From an uncultured bacterium (GTDB lineage: Bacteria > Cyanobacteriota > Vampirovibrionia > Gastranaerophilales > Gastranaerophilaceae): 38,095 bases of DNA. The notes below the pieces were generated by a model that worked only from the letters and a program-made list of their open reading frames with translations, was not told the DNA's origin and ran no database searches. The translations under genes and the position numbers were made by a program. The stretch lies in assembly GCA_902782905.1 (NCBI GenBank), contig CACZPB010000008.1, forward strand, positions 1 to 38,095. The letters are read 5' to 3'. Shown here in pieces: positions 20,334-29,304 of the stretch (position 1 is its first letter; every line of letters starts with the position of its first letter).

Positions 20334-21347
20334 TTAAACTTCTACAATCCAACCTTCGGGAGCTTCAATTCTGCCCATCTGAATTCCTGTCAATGTGTCA
20401 TACAGCTTTTGTGTGATTTCGCCGACTTTTTCCATTCCCGACGGGAAGCAAATTTCTTTACCGTGATCAACAACTTTGCCGACAGGAGAAAGTACCGCCG
20501 CAGTACCGCATAGAGCACATTCCTTGAATTCGGCAAGTTCTTCTTTATAAATTTCTCTTTCTTCGGTTTCAAGTCCTAAATATTTTTGTGCAACATACAT
20601 TAGCGAACGACGGGTAATCGAAGGTAATATTGTGTTTGATTTTGGTGTAACAACTTTGTTGTCTTTTGTTACAAAAATAATGTTTGCGCCGCCTGTTTCT
20701 TCAACCTTTGTTCTCGTTGCCGAATCAAGGTACATGTTTTCGTCGTACCCTTGGTTGTGTGCGTCTACAATTGCGTGCAGGCTCATTGCGTAATTCAGTC
20801 CCGCCTTGACATGCCCTGTGCCATGAGGAGCCGCCCTGTCAAAATCAGGAACCCTAAGTGTAATAGGTTTAGCTCCGCCCTTAAAATAAGGTCCTACGGG
20901 AGCTACAAAAATTCTGAATTGGTACTCAGTTGCCGGCTTTACGCCCATTACTGGGTTTGTACCAAACATATACGGTCTTATATAGAGAGTTGCTCCGCTT
21001 CCGTACGGCGGAACCCAATCTATATTTGCTTTAACAACTTTTTTTACAGCTTCGATAAATCTGTCCTCAGGGAATGGAGGCATCTCTAATCTTTTTGCAC
21101 TCTCAATCATTCTCTTGGCGTTCATATCCGGTCTGAAGCAAACGACCTTGTTATCTGCCGTTCTATATGCTTTGAGACCCTCAAAACATGTTTGTGCATA
21201 TTGAAAAACACATGCGCATTCGTTGAGTACAACATTTGCATCTTCTGTTATGCTTCCCTTATCCCACATGCCATCCTTGAAATTTGAAACATAACGATAA
21301 TCAGTTTTTGTATATCCAAAACCTAAGTTTTTCCAATCGATATCCAT
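20334..21347 (-). CDS. ilvE: Branched-chain amino acid aminotransferase
   Basis: FEGLKAY, FRPDMNAKRM, LYIRP, PLP lysine KAGLNY, ILPSITR, CGTAAV. Confidence 0.96.
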   Translation of the reverse strand: MDIDWKNLGFGYTKTDYRYVSNFKDGMWDKGSITEDANVVLNECACVFQYAQTCFEGLKAYRTADNKVVCFRPDMNAKRMIESAKRLEMPPFPEDRFIEAVKKVVKANIDWVPPYGSGATLYIRPYMFGTNPVMGVKPATEYQFRIFVAPVGPYFKGGAKPITLRVPDFDRAAPHGTGHVKAGLNYAMSLHAIVDAHNQGYDENMYLDSATRTKVEETGGANIIFVTKDNKVVTPKSNTILPSITRRSLMYVAQKYLGLETEEREIYKEELAEFKECALCGTAAVLSPVGKVVDHGKEICFPSGMEKVGEITQKLYDTLTGIQMGRIEAPEGWIVEV

Positions 21348-21575
21348 TTTTTCTTAATCCTCTCCCCTGTAAAATCATTATACTACAAAGAAAGGTGCGA
21401 AAACACAACTTTTTAACATACTTGCAAAATTTTTATTTTAAGTGTAGTCTTATAGAGTGTCTTAATAAAAGTTTACTTAACAATTCTTAACATTTTAAGT
21501 GTTTTTTGTAAAAAATTCTGTGTGTATTGTTTTTATATATATAAGTAGAAAAATTGTGTGTAAAAGGAGTTCTTT

Positions 21576-24362
21576 ATGAAAATTAATGCGGTTGGTGTTG
21601 ATTATTCATCGGGTGCAAATAGAGTAACAAGAAGCAAAACAGTTTCTAAAGCTCAAAATTTTCAAGGTGCGGGGCTTTCAAAGATTTCTTTCAAAGGCGG
21701 TAATAAGGATCAAGCAATTTTGTTTGTTGCAGAAACAAAACCTTATTTCCAAGCAGGCGGTGTTGCTACCGTTATGGAAGACTTAAGAGGGCTGAGAGTT
21801 TCCGATAAAGACCCTTATATAGACAATGAATTCAAAAAAACACACGAATTTTACGCGCAAAAAAATAAAGCAATTGTAGATTCATTCTATAACGGACAAA
21901 AGATATTTGATAAAGATACGGGGCTGCACGTTGAGACAGTCGTGCCAAAAATCCCCGAAGGTTTGCCTGAGGATAGTCCTTTTAAAAAATACGAAGGCAA
22001 GTACTTTATGACTAATAATCAAAATTTTCAAAAGTATGCTGATTTAAAAACATTCTTTGAAAAAGAAAGCAGCACCATAAATAAGAATTTATGGATTTTG
22101 GAAGATGTAACAGGCGGAAAGAAAAAACTTGATTTCGGCGGACTCGGTGAGTCAGAAATTAAGTTGTTCCAAGTATTCAGAGAAGACAAAGGCGTTTTAA
22201 AACCAACTCACGACTTTAAGGTGTTCACTGATGTTATGGCATCTTGGCCGAAACCATACTCAGGCGGCGGATATTCTACTGTTCCGGGGGCTTTGGCTCA
22301 AACTTGGATTGGTGACGGTGATGCTAAAGCTGCAAAGGCATTCGTTGAATTACTGCCGAGAATTACAGAGGTTGTAAGTCAGGAAGGTTACAAGTTTGAT
22401 CCTGAAACAATTATGCTTAACGACTCACAGGCAGCTTATGCTACAGAATATATGGCTGAAAAAGCTTCCGGCGGCGGTGAGTTCTGGAAAGGTAAAAAAC
22501 CGACTCTTGTAGGTCACAACCTCGGCGACGGATATATTCAAAGAACATCTTATATGAATATGTTCGTGAATGTTGCCGATAAAGAGCTTAGAAACTATAT
22601 TTACAATGACCCTGAATACGCAAAAGCAGCCAAAGAAGGTCAAGAAGCCGTAAACAAATATTTTGAAAAATTAATACCTCAAGAAATGAAGGATACTCAA
22701 GGCGGTGTAAGTCCGTTTAAGAACTCGCTTTATTATGCTCAAAAAGGTTATATGCCTACAATCTCGACAGTATCAGAGTTGTATGGCGAAAAACTTGCAA
22801 CTGATCCTCAGTTTGCGGCAGGAACATATCAATATTTGAGCAAACTTGCAGCAGATGATAAGTTTGTAGGTATCCTAAATGCTTTTGAAAACGTTGACAT
22901 GGATCCGAGAACAACAGGTGTCACAGGATATTACAAAGAATACAAGCTTCCTGATTCAAACTTAACAATAAAACCTCTTTTGACGTATGACGGCGAAAAA
23001 GTTAAAGAAGGCTCTATTGATGTTAACTACATAAGAGATGTTAAGCGTCAAAACAAGGCAAATTTGTTGGAAAGATTTGACAAAGAGGTGCTTAATAAAT
23101 TAACAGCTCTTAAGGATGTAAAAGGTCATGAAAAAGATTTCAACATGGTCATCGCAGGACTTCCTGACAAAAACGCAAAAGTATACGGTTATATAAGCAA
23201 AGAAATAATAGAAGAAGCTAAAAAACCAAACAGCAGAGTTAAAATGCTTGCAGGTTGGGGAAGAAGCGATGCTCAAAAAGCGCTTGATTCAAGCTTGCAA
23301 TCATTTATCAATTACGTTAAAAAATACGGAAAAGAAGATCCTTATTCTGTAATGTTTGTTGGCGGTCCGACAGCGGATGAGACAAAAAAATGTATAGATA
23401 TTTTAGAAAAATACAAAAACGACCCTGCTGTGGCAGGAAGAGTAGTATTCATAGACAGTTTCTTACCGGCAAAACCGTTTGCCAGTGCAGCTGACTTTAC
23501 GGTGTTCCCGTCAAGATTTGCTCCTTGCGAGTTAACCGATTTGGAATCTATGAAGGTATTTTCTTCTCCAATTGTTTCAAATTGTCAGGGACTTGCTCAA
23601 AAGAACTTTGACCCAAGCTTTGCGGGAGAACTCGAGAAAGCAACAGGGTATAAGACAAAGCATGAATACTTTATGCCTTTAGAAGAAATCAGAAACAGTC
23701 TTGAAGATGCTGATAAAGCAAAACTGGATAAAGCTGTAGAGAAGTTTAAAAAATCAATTTCCGAACCTTATGAACTGGCTCACGGCGGAGAAAAAATGCC
23801 TGAGGAGATGATTAATAAAAAAATCTTAACTGATGGCGGTTTGAATTACAGATACAATTTTGAAGTATTGAGACCGTTCCGTGACAGCGTTATCGAAAAA
23901 GAATTAACAGATTGTTATCGCAGAGCCTTAATTGAGGACAGAGGCAAAGAAATTCAAGATAATATGATTAGAAATCATATAAATATGCACACGGATTGGG
24001 AAAGAAACGGTGCTCTCAAAGCTGACGGTATGTCATCTGCTGCTAAGTACAGAAAATACCACTTCCAAAGAGATGGTAAAGAAATCGCAAAAAATGAAAC
24101 TTTGCTTGAAAAATTGAGAGACAATTGCAAAGATGCAATCGAAAGAGCTAAAAAAGATATGCGCCTGAGAAGGGGCGAAAACGTTTCCTTCGGCGAAAAA
24201 CTAAAAGAATTTGCGCACTCAAAAGGCGGAAAATGGACTCTCGGTATTGCAGGCGGTTCAGCAATAGCGGCTGCTCTCGGATATATCGGCTACAAAACAG
24301 GATGGCTTTCTCCAAAATTTGAAGAAGATAAAAAAGAAGGTCACGCATCTCTGGTAGCTTAA
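21576..24362 (+). CDS. Divergent glycogen/starch synthase-like glycosyltransferase (GT5, GT-B fold) with N-terminal leader and C-terminal TM helix
   Basis: AETKPYFQAGGVATV, NDSQAA, VGHNL, TVSELY, GILN, GRSDAQKALD and AADFTVFPSRFAPCEL are colinear with GlgA motifs; C-terminal WTLGIAGGSAIAAALGYIGY. Confidence 0.85.
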   Translation: MKINAVGVDYSSGANRVTRSKTVSKAQNFQGAGLSKISFKGGNKDQAILFVAETKPYFQAGGVATVMEDLRGLRVSDKDPYIDNEFKKTHEFYAQKNKAIVDSFYNGQKIFDKDTGLHVETVVPKIPEGLPEDSPFKKYEGKYFMTNNQNFQKYADLKTFFEKESSTINKNLWILEDVTGGKKKLDFGGLGESEIKLFQVFREDKGVLKPTHDFKVFTDVMASWPKPYSGGGYSTVPGALAQTWIGDGDAKAAKAFVELLPRITEVVSQEGYKFDPETIMLNDSQAAYATEYMAEKASGGGEFWKGKKPTLVGHNLGDGYIQRTSYMNMFVNVADKELRNYIYNDPEYAKAAKEGQEAVNKYFEKLIPQEMKDTQGGVSPFKNSLYYAQKGYMPTISTVSELYGEKLATDPQFAAGTYQYLSKLAADDKFVGILNAFENVDMDPRTTGVTGYYKEYKLPDSNLTIKPLLTYDGEKVKEGSIDVNYIRDVKRQNKANLLERFDKEVLNKLTALKDVKGHEKDFNMVIAGLPDKNAKVYGYISKEIIEEAKKPNSRVKMLAGWGRSDAQKALDSSLQSFINYVKKYGKEDPYSVMFVGGPTADETKKCIDILEKYKNDPAVAGRVVFIDSFLPAKPFASAADFTVFPSRFAPCELTDLESMKVFSSPIVSNCQGLAQKNFDPSFAGELEKATGYKTKHEYFMPLEEIRNSLEDADKAKLDKAVEKFKKSISEPYELAHGGEKMPEEMINKKILTDGGLNYRYNFEVLRPFRDSVIEKELTDCYRRALIEDRGKEIQDNMIRNHINMHTDWERNGALKADGMSSAAKYRKYHFQRDGKEIAKNETLLEKLRDNCKDAIERAKKDMRLRRGENVSFGEKLKEFAHSKGGKWTLGIAGGSAIAAALGYIGYKTGWLSPKFEEDKKEGHASLVA

Positions 24363-26251
24363 AAGTCCATATTTTTTATGATAGCTATAAATTCGCCTGC
24401 GAGTTTGCTGCTCCATTTGCTGTTTACTTCGCTCATAATTATTTTCAGTGCGTCTTCTTTTGACTTAGCGTCTCTATATGGGCGTTCTTCCAAAAGCGCA
24501 TAGTATGAGTCAACAATCAAAATTATTTGAGATTCTATAGGAATTTCATCTCCTGAAATATTATTCGGATAACCTGTTCCGTTCCAGTTCTCGTGGTGCT
24601 TTTCAATTATAGGAATAATATCACCGATATTAGATATTGGTTTTAAAATTTCTCTTGCCGCAATTATAGGGTGTTGTTTAATAGATGCTTTATCTTCGCT
24701 GCTCAGAGGCTCACGTTTGTTTAATAAATCCTTCGGTATCATAGTGTTGCCGATATCATATAGAAGCACTGCAATCTTTAATTTGTCAATGCTCTCTTTT
24801 GAAAGATCAAATCTTTTTGCCAAGAGTGTTGCAAGTTCAACCTTCTGTTTTACTCCGCCGTCGTGGTGGGCAGGGTTATATGTAGTTACAAGTGTATCTG
24901 CGACTTGATACAATTTTTCATTATTAACGTTCATTTCCTGAAGTTTTTGTGTCAAAAGTTTAGAAGTCGTTTCATCTACAGGGATTCTGTGTTTTGTGAG
25001 AATATCAATGAACGTATTAATCGCAACATCCTGCCAAGAAGTCTCGTGAGCAGGTTTTGCTACAGTTACTCTGTTTCTGCCGTTTCTTTTTGATTCATAC
25101 ATCGCTTGATCGGCAATTTCTAAAAGCTCGTCCAAATCATCAGAATGCTCTAAATAAGTTGCAACACCAAGGCTTGCGGTAATATGTCCGATTTTTTCAA
25201 GTTCAACCCCTTCGATTGCTTTTCTGATACGTTCGGCAGCAACAAGTCCGCCTGCCGTGTCAACACCTGGGAGAACGAGGGTGAATTCTTCACCGCCCAT
25301 TCTTGCCGCAACATCAATTGAGCGGGCATTGTTTTTTAAAACTTCCGCAATAGCTTTGATTGCTATATCACCCCAGTTGTGCCCGTAGACGTCATTTATT
25401 TGTTTCAAGTGGTCCAAATCAAGACCGATTACCGTAAATTTTTGATTTTGACGTTCGGCACGGAGGGCTTCTTTTTTTATGAATTCTTCAAAATACCTTC
25501 TGTTGTATAGCCCTGTCATCGGGTCGGTGACAGCTTGTTCTTTAACAGCTTGGAACAAGTCTGCAATTGTAATTGCAAGCTCTATTTGTTTTGCAAACAG
25601 GCTCAAAAAGTTAAGCTCGTTTCTGCTGACCTTTTCTCTTGAAGAAAATACTATCAAAGAACCGAAATGAATCTGTTTAGAAACAAGAGGTACCAATATG
25701 TAGGATTTCATATTAGCTTCATTGAAAAACGACTCCAGTTTCTCTTTATCCAAATCCGGAATAAATCCGTGGATAAGTTCTGTAACCTTTGTAGATTGAA
25801 ATATTGTATTGTTTATAACTGCTTCTTTTAGTCCTTCAATCCCCGGATATTGCATTTTGTAATCTGAGAGGTTGCAGTGAAAGTGTTTAAAAAACTTTTC
25901 GCCGTAGTCTTTTCTTGAGGACGCTACGATTTGAATATAGCTGTCTTCATCCTTAATCTGGGGTTTTATTATAAAGCTGTAAACATATCCGAGCTCCCCC
26001 TGAAGGCTGTTTACGATTGCACTAAGAACACTTGAGAGAGGCTCAGAGGAGTTCATCATATTCCAAATGTGCTGAAGTGTAAGCATTTGTTTGTTGACAC
26101 GGTCAAGCTCACGTGTTCTTTGGGCAATTTCAGCCTCCAGCTTTGCATTGCGCTCATAAACTTCTAAAAGTGAACGGTTTCCCGAATATACTTATGAATC
26201 AACTTCGTCTAACTTATTTTTAAAATTCCTTATACTTTCAAAAAAACCCAC
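24359..26251 (-). pseudogene. Coiled-coil/GAF-GGDEF-HD-GYP c-di-GMP protein interrupted by in-frame TAA at codon 20 (575-aa downstream ORF 24359-26086 intact)
   Basis: GAF-like region (SYILVPLVSKQIHFGSLIVF), TDPMTGLYNRR, RSID I-site, GGEEF, LLYDIG, HHENWNGTGYP. The frame extends upstream to GTG 26251 with a single TAA at 26194-26192. Confidence 0.75.
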
Positions 26252-26338
26252 TAATATTGCCTTATTAATTTTAGAAATACTCATCGATTATAACATATTT
26301 TGTGCAACTGGTAAATAGCCTGACGATAAGGCTTCAAT

Positions 26339-27529
26339 CTATTTAAAAAGCCATTCGTCAACTCTTTTTGCGATACTGTCAAAACCGATGTCAATACCAA
26401 GGTCTTTTGGCTCAATTCCTTTTGAATAGTATAATACAGGAACTTGTTCTCTTGTATGGTCGGTACCTTCAACAGTCGGGTCGCATCCGTGGTCTGCTGT
26501 TATTATTAACAAATCGTCTTCACTAATAAGAGGAAGAATTTTGTCTAAGTATTCATCAATTTCTTCTATTGCAGCGCCATAACCCTTTGCATCATTTCTG
26601 TGACCGAAAAGCATATCTGTATCAACAAGGTTTGTGAATATTATCTCTTTTTCTTCGTCAACGATATTTATGCCGTCATATTTTATGCTCTCCAAATCCA
26701 ATGTGCCATCTATGGCCTTTATCGTAAGCTCCAAGCCCTCTTTGTTTGAGCCGGTGTGGATTGCATGAGTTATTCCGGCTTTTGAGAAAATGTCTTCAAT
26801 TTTTCCTATGCCGATAACTTTTGCGCCGGCATTTTTGACTTTATCCAAAATCGTATCTTTAGGAGGTGCCATAGAATAATCGCGTCTGTCTTTAGAAATT
26901 CTTGTAGGTTTGCCGTCAATTATTTTATAAGGTCTTGCGATAACTCTTGCTACATTATAATTCCCTTCGTCAAGAAGTTTTCTTGCAACTTGGCACCATT
27001 CATAGAGTGTTTCCAGAGGAATCATATCCGTATCAAGAGCGATTTGAAAAACGCTGTCAGCTGAGGTGTAAACAATAGGATATTTTGTTTTGTGGTGCTC
27101 GTCATTAAGCTGTTCTATAATAGCTGTTCCGCTTGCCGGAATGTTAGCTAAAACACCGCCGCAGCCGGTTTTATCAATAAATTTGTCAATGAGCTCTTTG
27201 GGAAATCCATCGGGGAAAGTAGCAAAAGGTTTCTCTGAAACAAGTCCCGCAATCTCCCAGTGTCCGGTTGTTGTGTCTTTGCCTTTTGATTTTTCTCTTA
27301 AAGTTCCGTATTGTGCAATAGGTGTAGAAGTCTTTTCAATCCCTTCAAATTCTTGAATGTTTCCAAGTCCCATAGCCTCCATAACTGGAAGGTCAAGACC
27401 TTTATTAAAAGCACAGACGTTTTTTAATGTATTGCACTCAGCTACGTCTCCAAAGTCTGCGTGGTCAGGCATTGCGCCTATTCCCATAGAATCTATTACA
27501 ACAATAATTGCACGTTTTTTTCTTCCCAT
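26339..27529 (-). CDS. deoB: Phosphopentomutase
   Basis: VIDSMGIG, GKDTTTGHWE, VYTSADSVFQIA, RVIARP, FTNLVDTDMLFGHRND, TADHGCDPT, DHTRE; start revised to ATG 27529 after GGAGGAA RBS. Confidence 0.97.
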   Translation of the reverse strand: MGRKKRAIIVVIDSMGIGAMPDHADFGDVAECNTLKNVCAFNKGLDLPVMEAMGLGNIQEFEGIEKTSTPIAQYGTLREKSKGKDTTTGHWEIAGLVSEKPFATFPDGFPKELIDKFIDKTGCGGVLANIPASGTAIIEQLNDEHHKTKYPIVYTSADSVFQIALDTDMIPLETLYEWCQVARKLLDEGNYNVARVIARPYKIIDGKPTRISKDRRDYSMAPPKDTILDKVKNAGAKVIGIGKIEDIFSKAGITHAIHTGSNKEGLELTIKAIDGTLDLESIKYDGINIVDEEKEIIFTNLVDTDMLFGHRNDAKGYGAAIEEIDEYLDKILPLISEDDLLIITADHGCDPTVEGTDHTREQVPVLYYSKGIEPKDLGIDIGFDSIAKRVDEWLFK

Positions 27530-27562
27530 ATCATTCCTCCTGATGAAATAATTATAGCACAT

Positions 27563-27587
27563 TAGCAAAAAAAAATTTTACGGGTTT
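27563..27587 (+). promoter_or_regulatory. Conserved upstream motif B (TAGC-N13-ACGG-x-TTT)
   Basis: TAGCAAAAAAAAATTTTACGGGTTT; matches 34143-34167, with the same distance to the ATG. Confidence 0.5.
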
Positions 27588-27597
27588 AGATAATAAT

Positions 27598-28179
27598 ATG
27601 AAAATTCAAAATAGTTATAATTTAAATTTTGGTGCGAAATTTGTACAAAAAACCGCTATTTCAAAGTTAGAAAACGGCAATACCTCCGAGGAAGCTGCAT
27701 CAATTGTAGAGCTTTTGTCAAACGATAAAAATGACATAAAAAGCTTTGAAAAAACAGTAAAGGGGTGGCAAAAAGGCGATGAATTCGGGCTTTGTATATT
27801 TGATGATTTGGAAGATATAAGGGACAAAAAAATGAGCAAAGATGTATATAAAGTCTATGCTCTTACGACTCAGTCGGATAATTTTGAAAAACTTGACAGC
27901 AGCAAAATTCTTGGTGCAAGTACATTAAAACTGGTTAATGAAAAAGAAAATCACATAAGGTTTCTTCAAGTAAGCCCGAAATGCTATTTTGAAAACAAAC
28001 AGAGGGGATACAAAAGTATAGGCAAAGCCTTTATTGATTTTTTTAAGTCGCAAAGTAAAAATAAATCACTTCTTGTGCAGGCATATTTTTCTGCCGCAAA
28101 TTTTTACGAAAAAATGGGATTTGAAATTATTGATGTAAATAATCTTATATATTCGTGGTCGAAGTTAATAAAAAAATAA
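27598..28179 (+). CDS. GNAT-family acetyltransferase with N-terminal leader
   Basis: HIRFLQVSP...RGYKSIGKAFI (motif A-like) and AANFYEKMGF (motif B). Confidence 0.8.
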   Translation: MKIQNSYNLNFGAKFVQKTAISKLENGNTSEEAASIVELLSNDKNDIKSFEKTVKGWQKGDEFGLCIFDDLEDIRDKKMSKDVYKVYALTTQSDNFEKLDSSKILGASTLKLVNEKENHIRFLQVSPKCYFENKQRGYKSIGKAFIDFFKSQSKNKSLLVQAYFSAANFYEKMGFEIIDVNNLIYSWSKLIKK

Positions 28180-28272
28180 AACGAATTTCCCCAAACAATA
28201 ATAAAATCCTATAATGTAGTTTTGTAACAATTTCTTAATATACTCTGATTTTTTGTCAATTAATCGTTAAAA

Positions 28273-28294
28273 AAATACTTTATAACACTATAGG
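28273..28294 (+). promoter_or_regulatory. Conserved upstream motif A
   Basis: AAATACTTTAT-AACAC-TATAGG, 17 nt before ATG 28312. Confidence 0.6.
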
Positions 28295-28311
28295 AAGTGT
28301 GAAGTATTAGA

Positions 28312-29085
28312 ATGACGTTTTTTAATAATGTAAATCTGATCAATAATTTTGGCTCTTTTCCAATAAATAAACTTGGATTCAGAGGCTCTGACCAGCAAAT
28401 ATTCCCTCAAAATTATACTCAGGGAAAAGATGCCTTTAGTACAAATCCACTCTATGACAATTTTGGGACAAAAGCTCAAATTGAGGCAATAGCTAAGTCT
28501 AATCCGACTATAGTTCAAATGCTAAAAGAGAATAAAATCCCGCTAAAAGTAAATGTAAAAGAATTAGAGGATTTAAAAAAAGGGCATCTCAAAAATTCGC
28601 GTGTCACGGCAGCAAAGATGTATTCTAATCTGCCAAATGAGTTAAAGCGTGATGTAAATCTCTCGGATTTGCAACAAGCAGCAATGCTTCACGACTATGG
28701 TAAAGTACTAATTCCAAATGAAATTCTAAATAAGAAGGGTGCGCTAACCCCCGATGAGCGAAAAATTATGGAGCTTCATTCAGAGCTCGGGTATGAACTT
28801 TTGAAAACCCAAAATCTGAAGCAATCAGTTTTAGATATGATTAAATATCATCATCAAAATCCCGCAGGCACAGGTTATCCTCAGGCTCACAAAGATTTTG
28901 AATATAATACAGAACTCGCAATGTTGGCAGCTGCTGATAAGTATTCAGCCTTAACGGAAAATCGCAGTTATAAGTCCGCAATGCCCAGAGGTGAAGCACT
29001 GGAGATTATCCAAAAAGATGTTGATACAGGGCAGCTGCCTCAAGAAGTTTTTGATGCGCTTAAGAAGTCCGTGTCGAGCGATTGA
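28312..29085 (+). CDS. HD-GYP domain phosphodiesterase with N-terminal leader
   Basis: AAMLHDYGK, ILNKKGALT, HSELGYELL, HHQNPAGTGYP, ADKYSALTENRSYK. Confidence 0.9.
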   Translation: MTFFNNVNLINNFGSFPINKLGFRGSDQQIFPQNYTQGKDAFSTNPLYDNFGTKAQIEAIAKSNPTIVQMLKENKIPLKVNVKELEDLKKGHLKNSRVTAAKMYSNLPNELKRDVNLSDLQQAAMLHDYGKVLIPNEILNKKGALTPDERKIMELHSELGYELLKTQNLKQSVLDMIKYHHQNPAGTGYPQAHKDFEYNTELAMLAAADKYSALTENRSYKSAMPRGEALEIIQKDVDTGQLPQEVFDALKKSVSSD

Positions 29086-29145
29086 GCTGTTTTAAGAGGC
29101 AAAAACGATTTTGAGTGAAACGCAGACTGACAAAAATGTTACATA

Positions 29146-29199
29146 AAAAGTTATGGCGATTCTTCGCCCCTGAATTGTTGTCGGGCTCAGAATGACGAT
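29146..29199 (+). repeat. REP-like dispersed element GATTCTTCG...CTCAGAATGAC (copy 2)
   Basis: AAAAGTTATGGCGATTCTTCG-N19-CTCAGAATGACGAT. Confidence 0.8.
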
Positions 29200-29240
29200 G
29201 TATTGGTAACTGTTACTAAGAGTCGATTTTGAGTGAAAAA

Positions 29241-29266
29241 TCTGTCGGTGGTGCAACGCCGACAGA
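29241..29266. repeat. Palindromic hairpin TCTGTCGG...CCGACAGA
   Basis: 8-bp perfect arms between convergent genes; related TGTCGGCAT half-sites near 20208 and in the 37804-38095 repeat. Confidence 0.55.
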
Positions 29267-29304
29267 CTGCTACTTGAAAATAAAAACCGGATGGATTTAG
29301 CCTC

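Noticed and set aside
20207-20416. 69-aa ORF in the helicase-ilvE gap
   Set aside because: TTG start without RBS; it runs through REP-like elements and overlaps ilvE antisense.
26192-26194. Stop-codon reassignment or programmed readthrough
   Set aside because: TAA terminates many genes in this window and no other interrupted gene was seen; a mutation or sequencing error is simpler.
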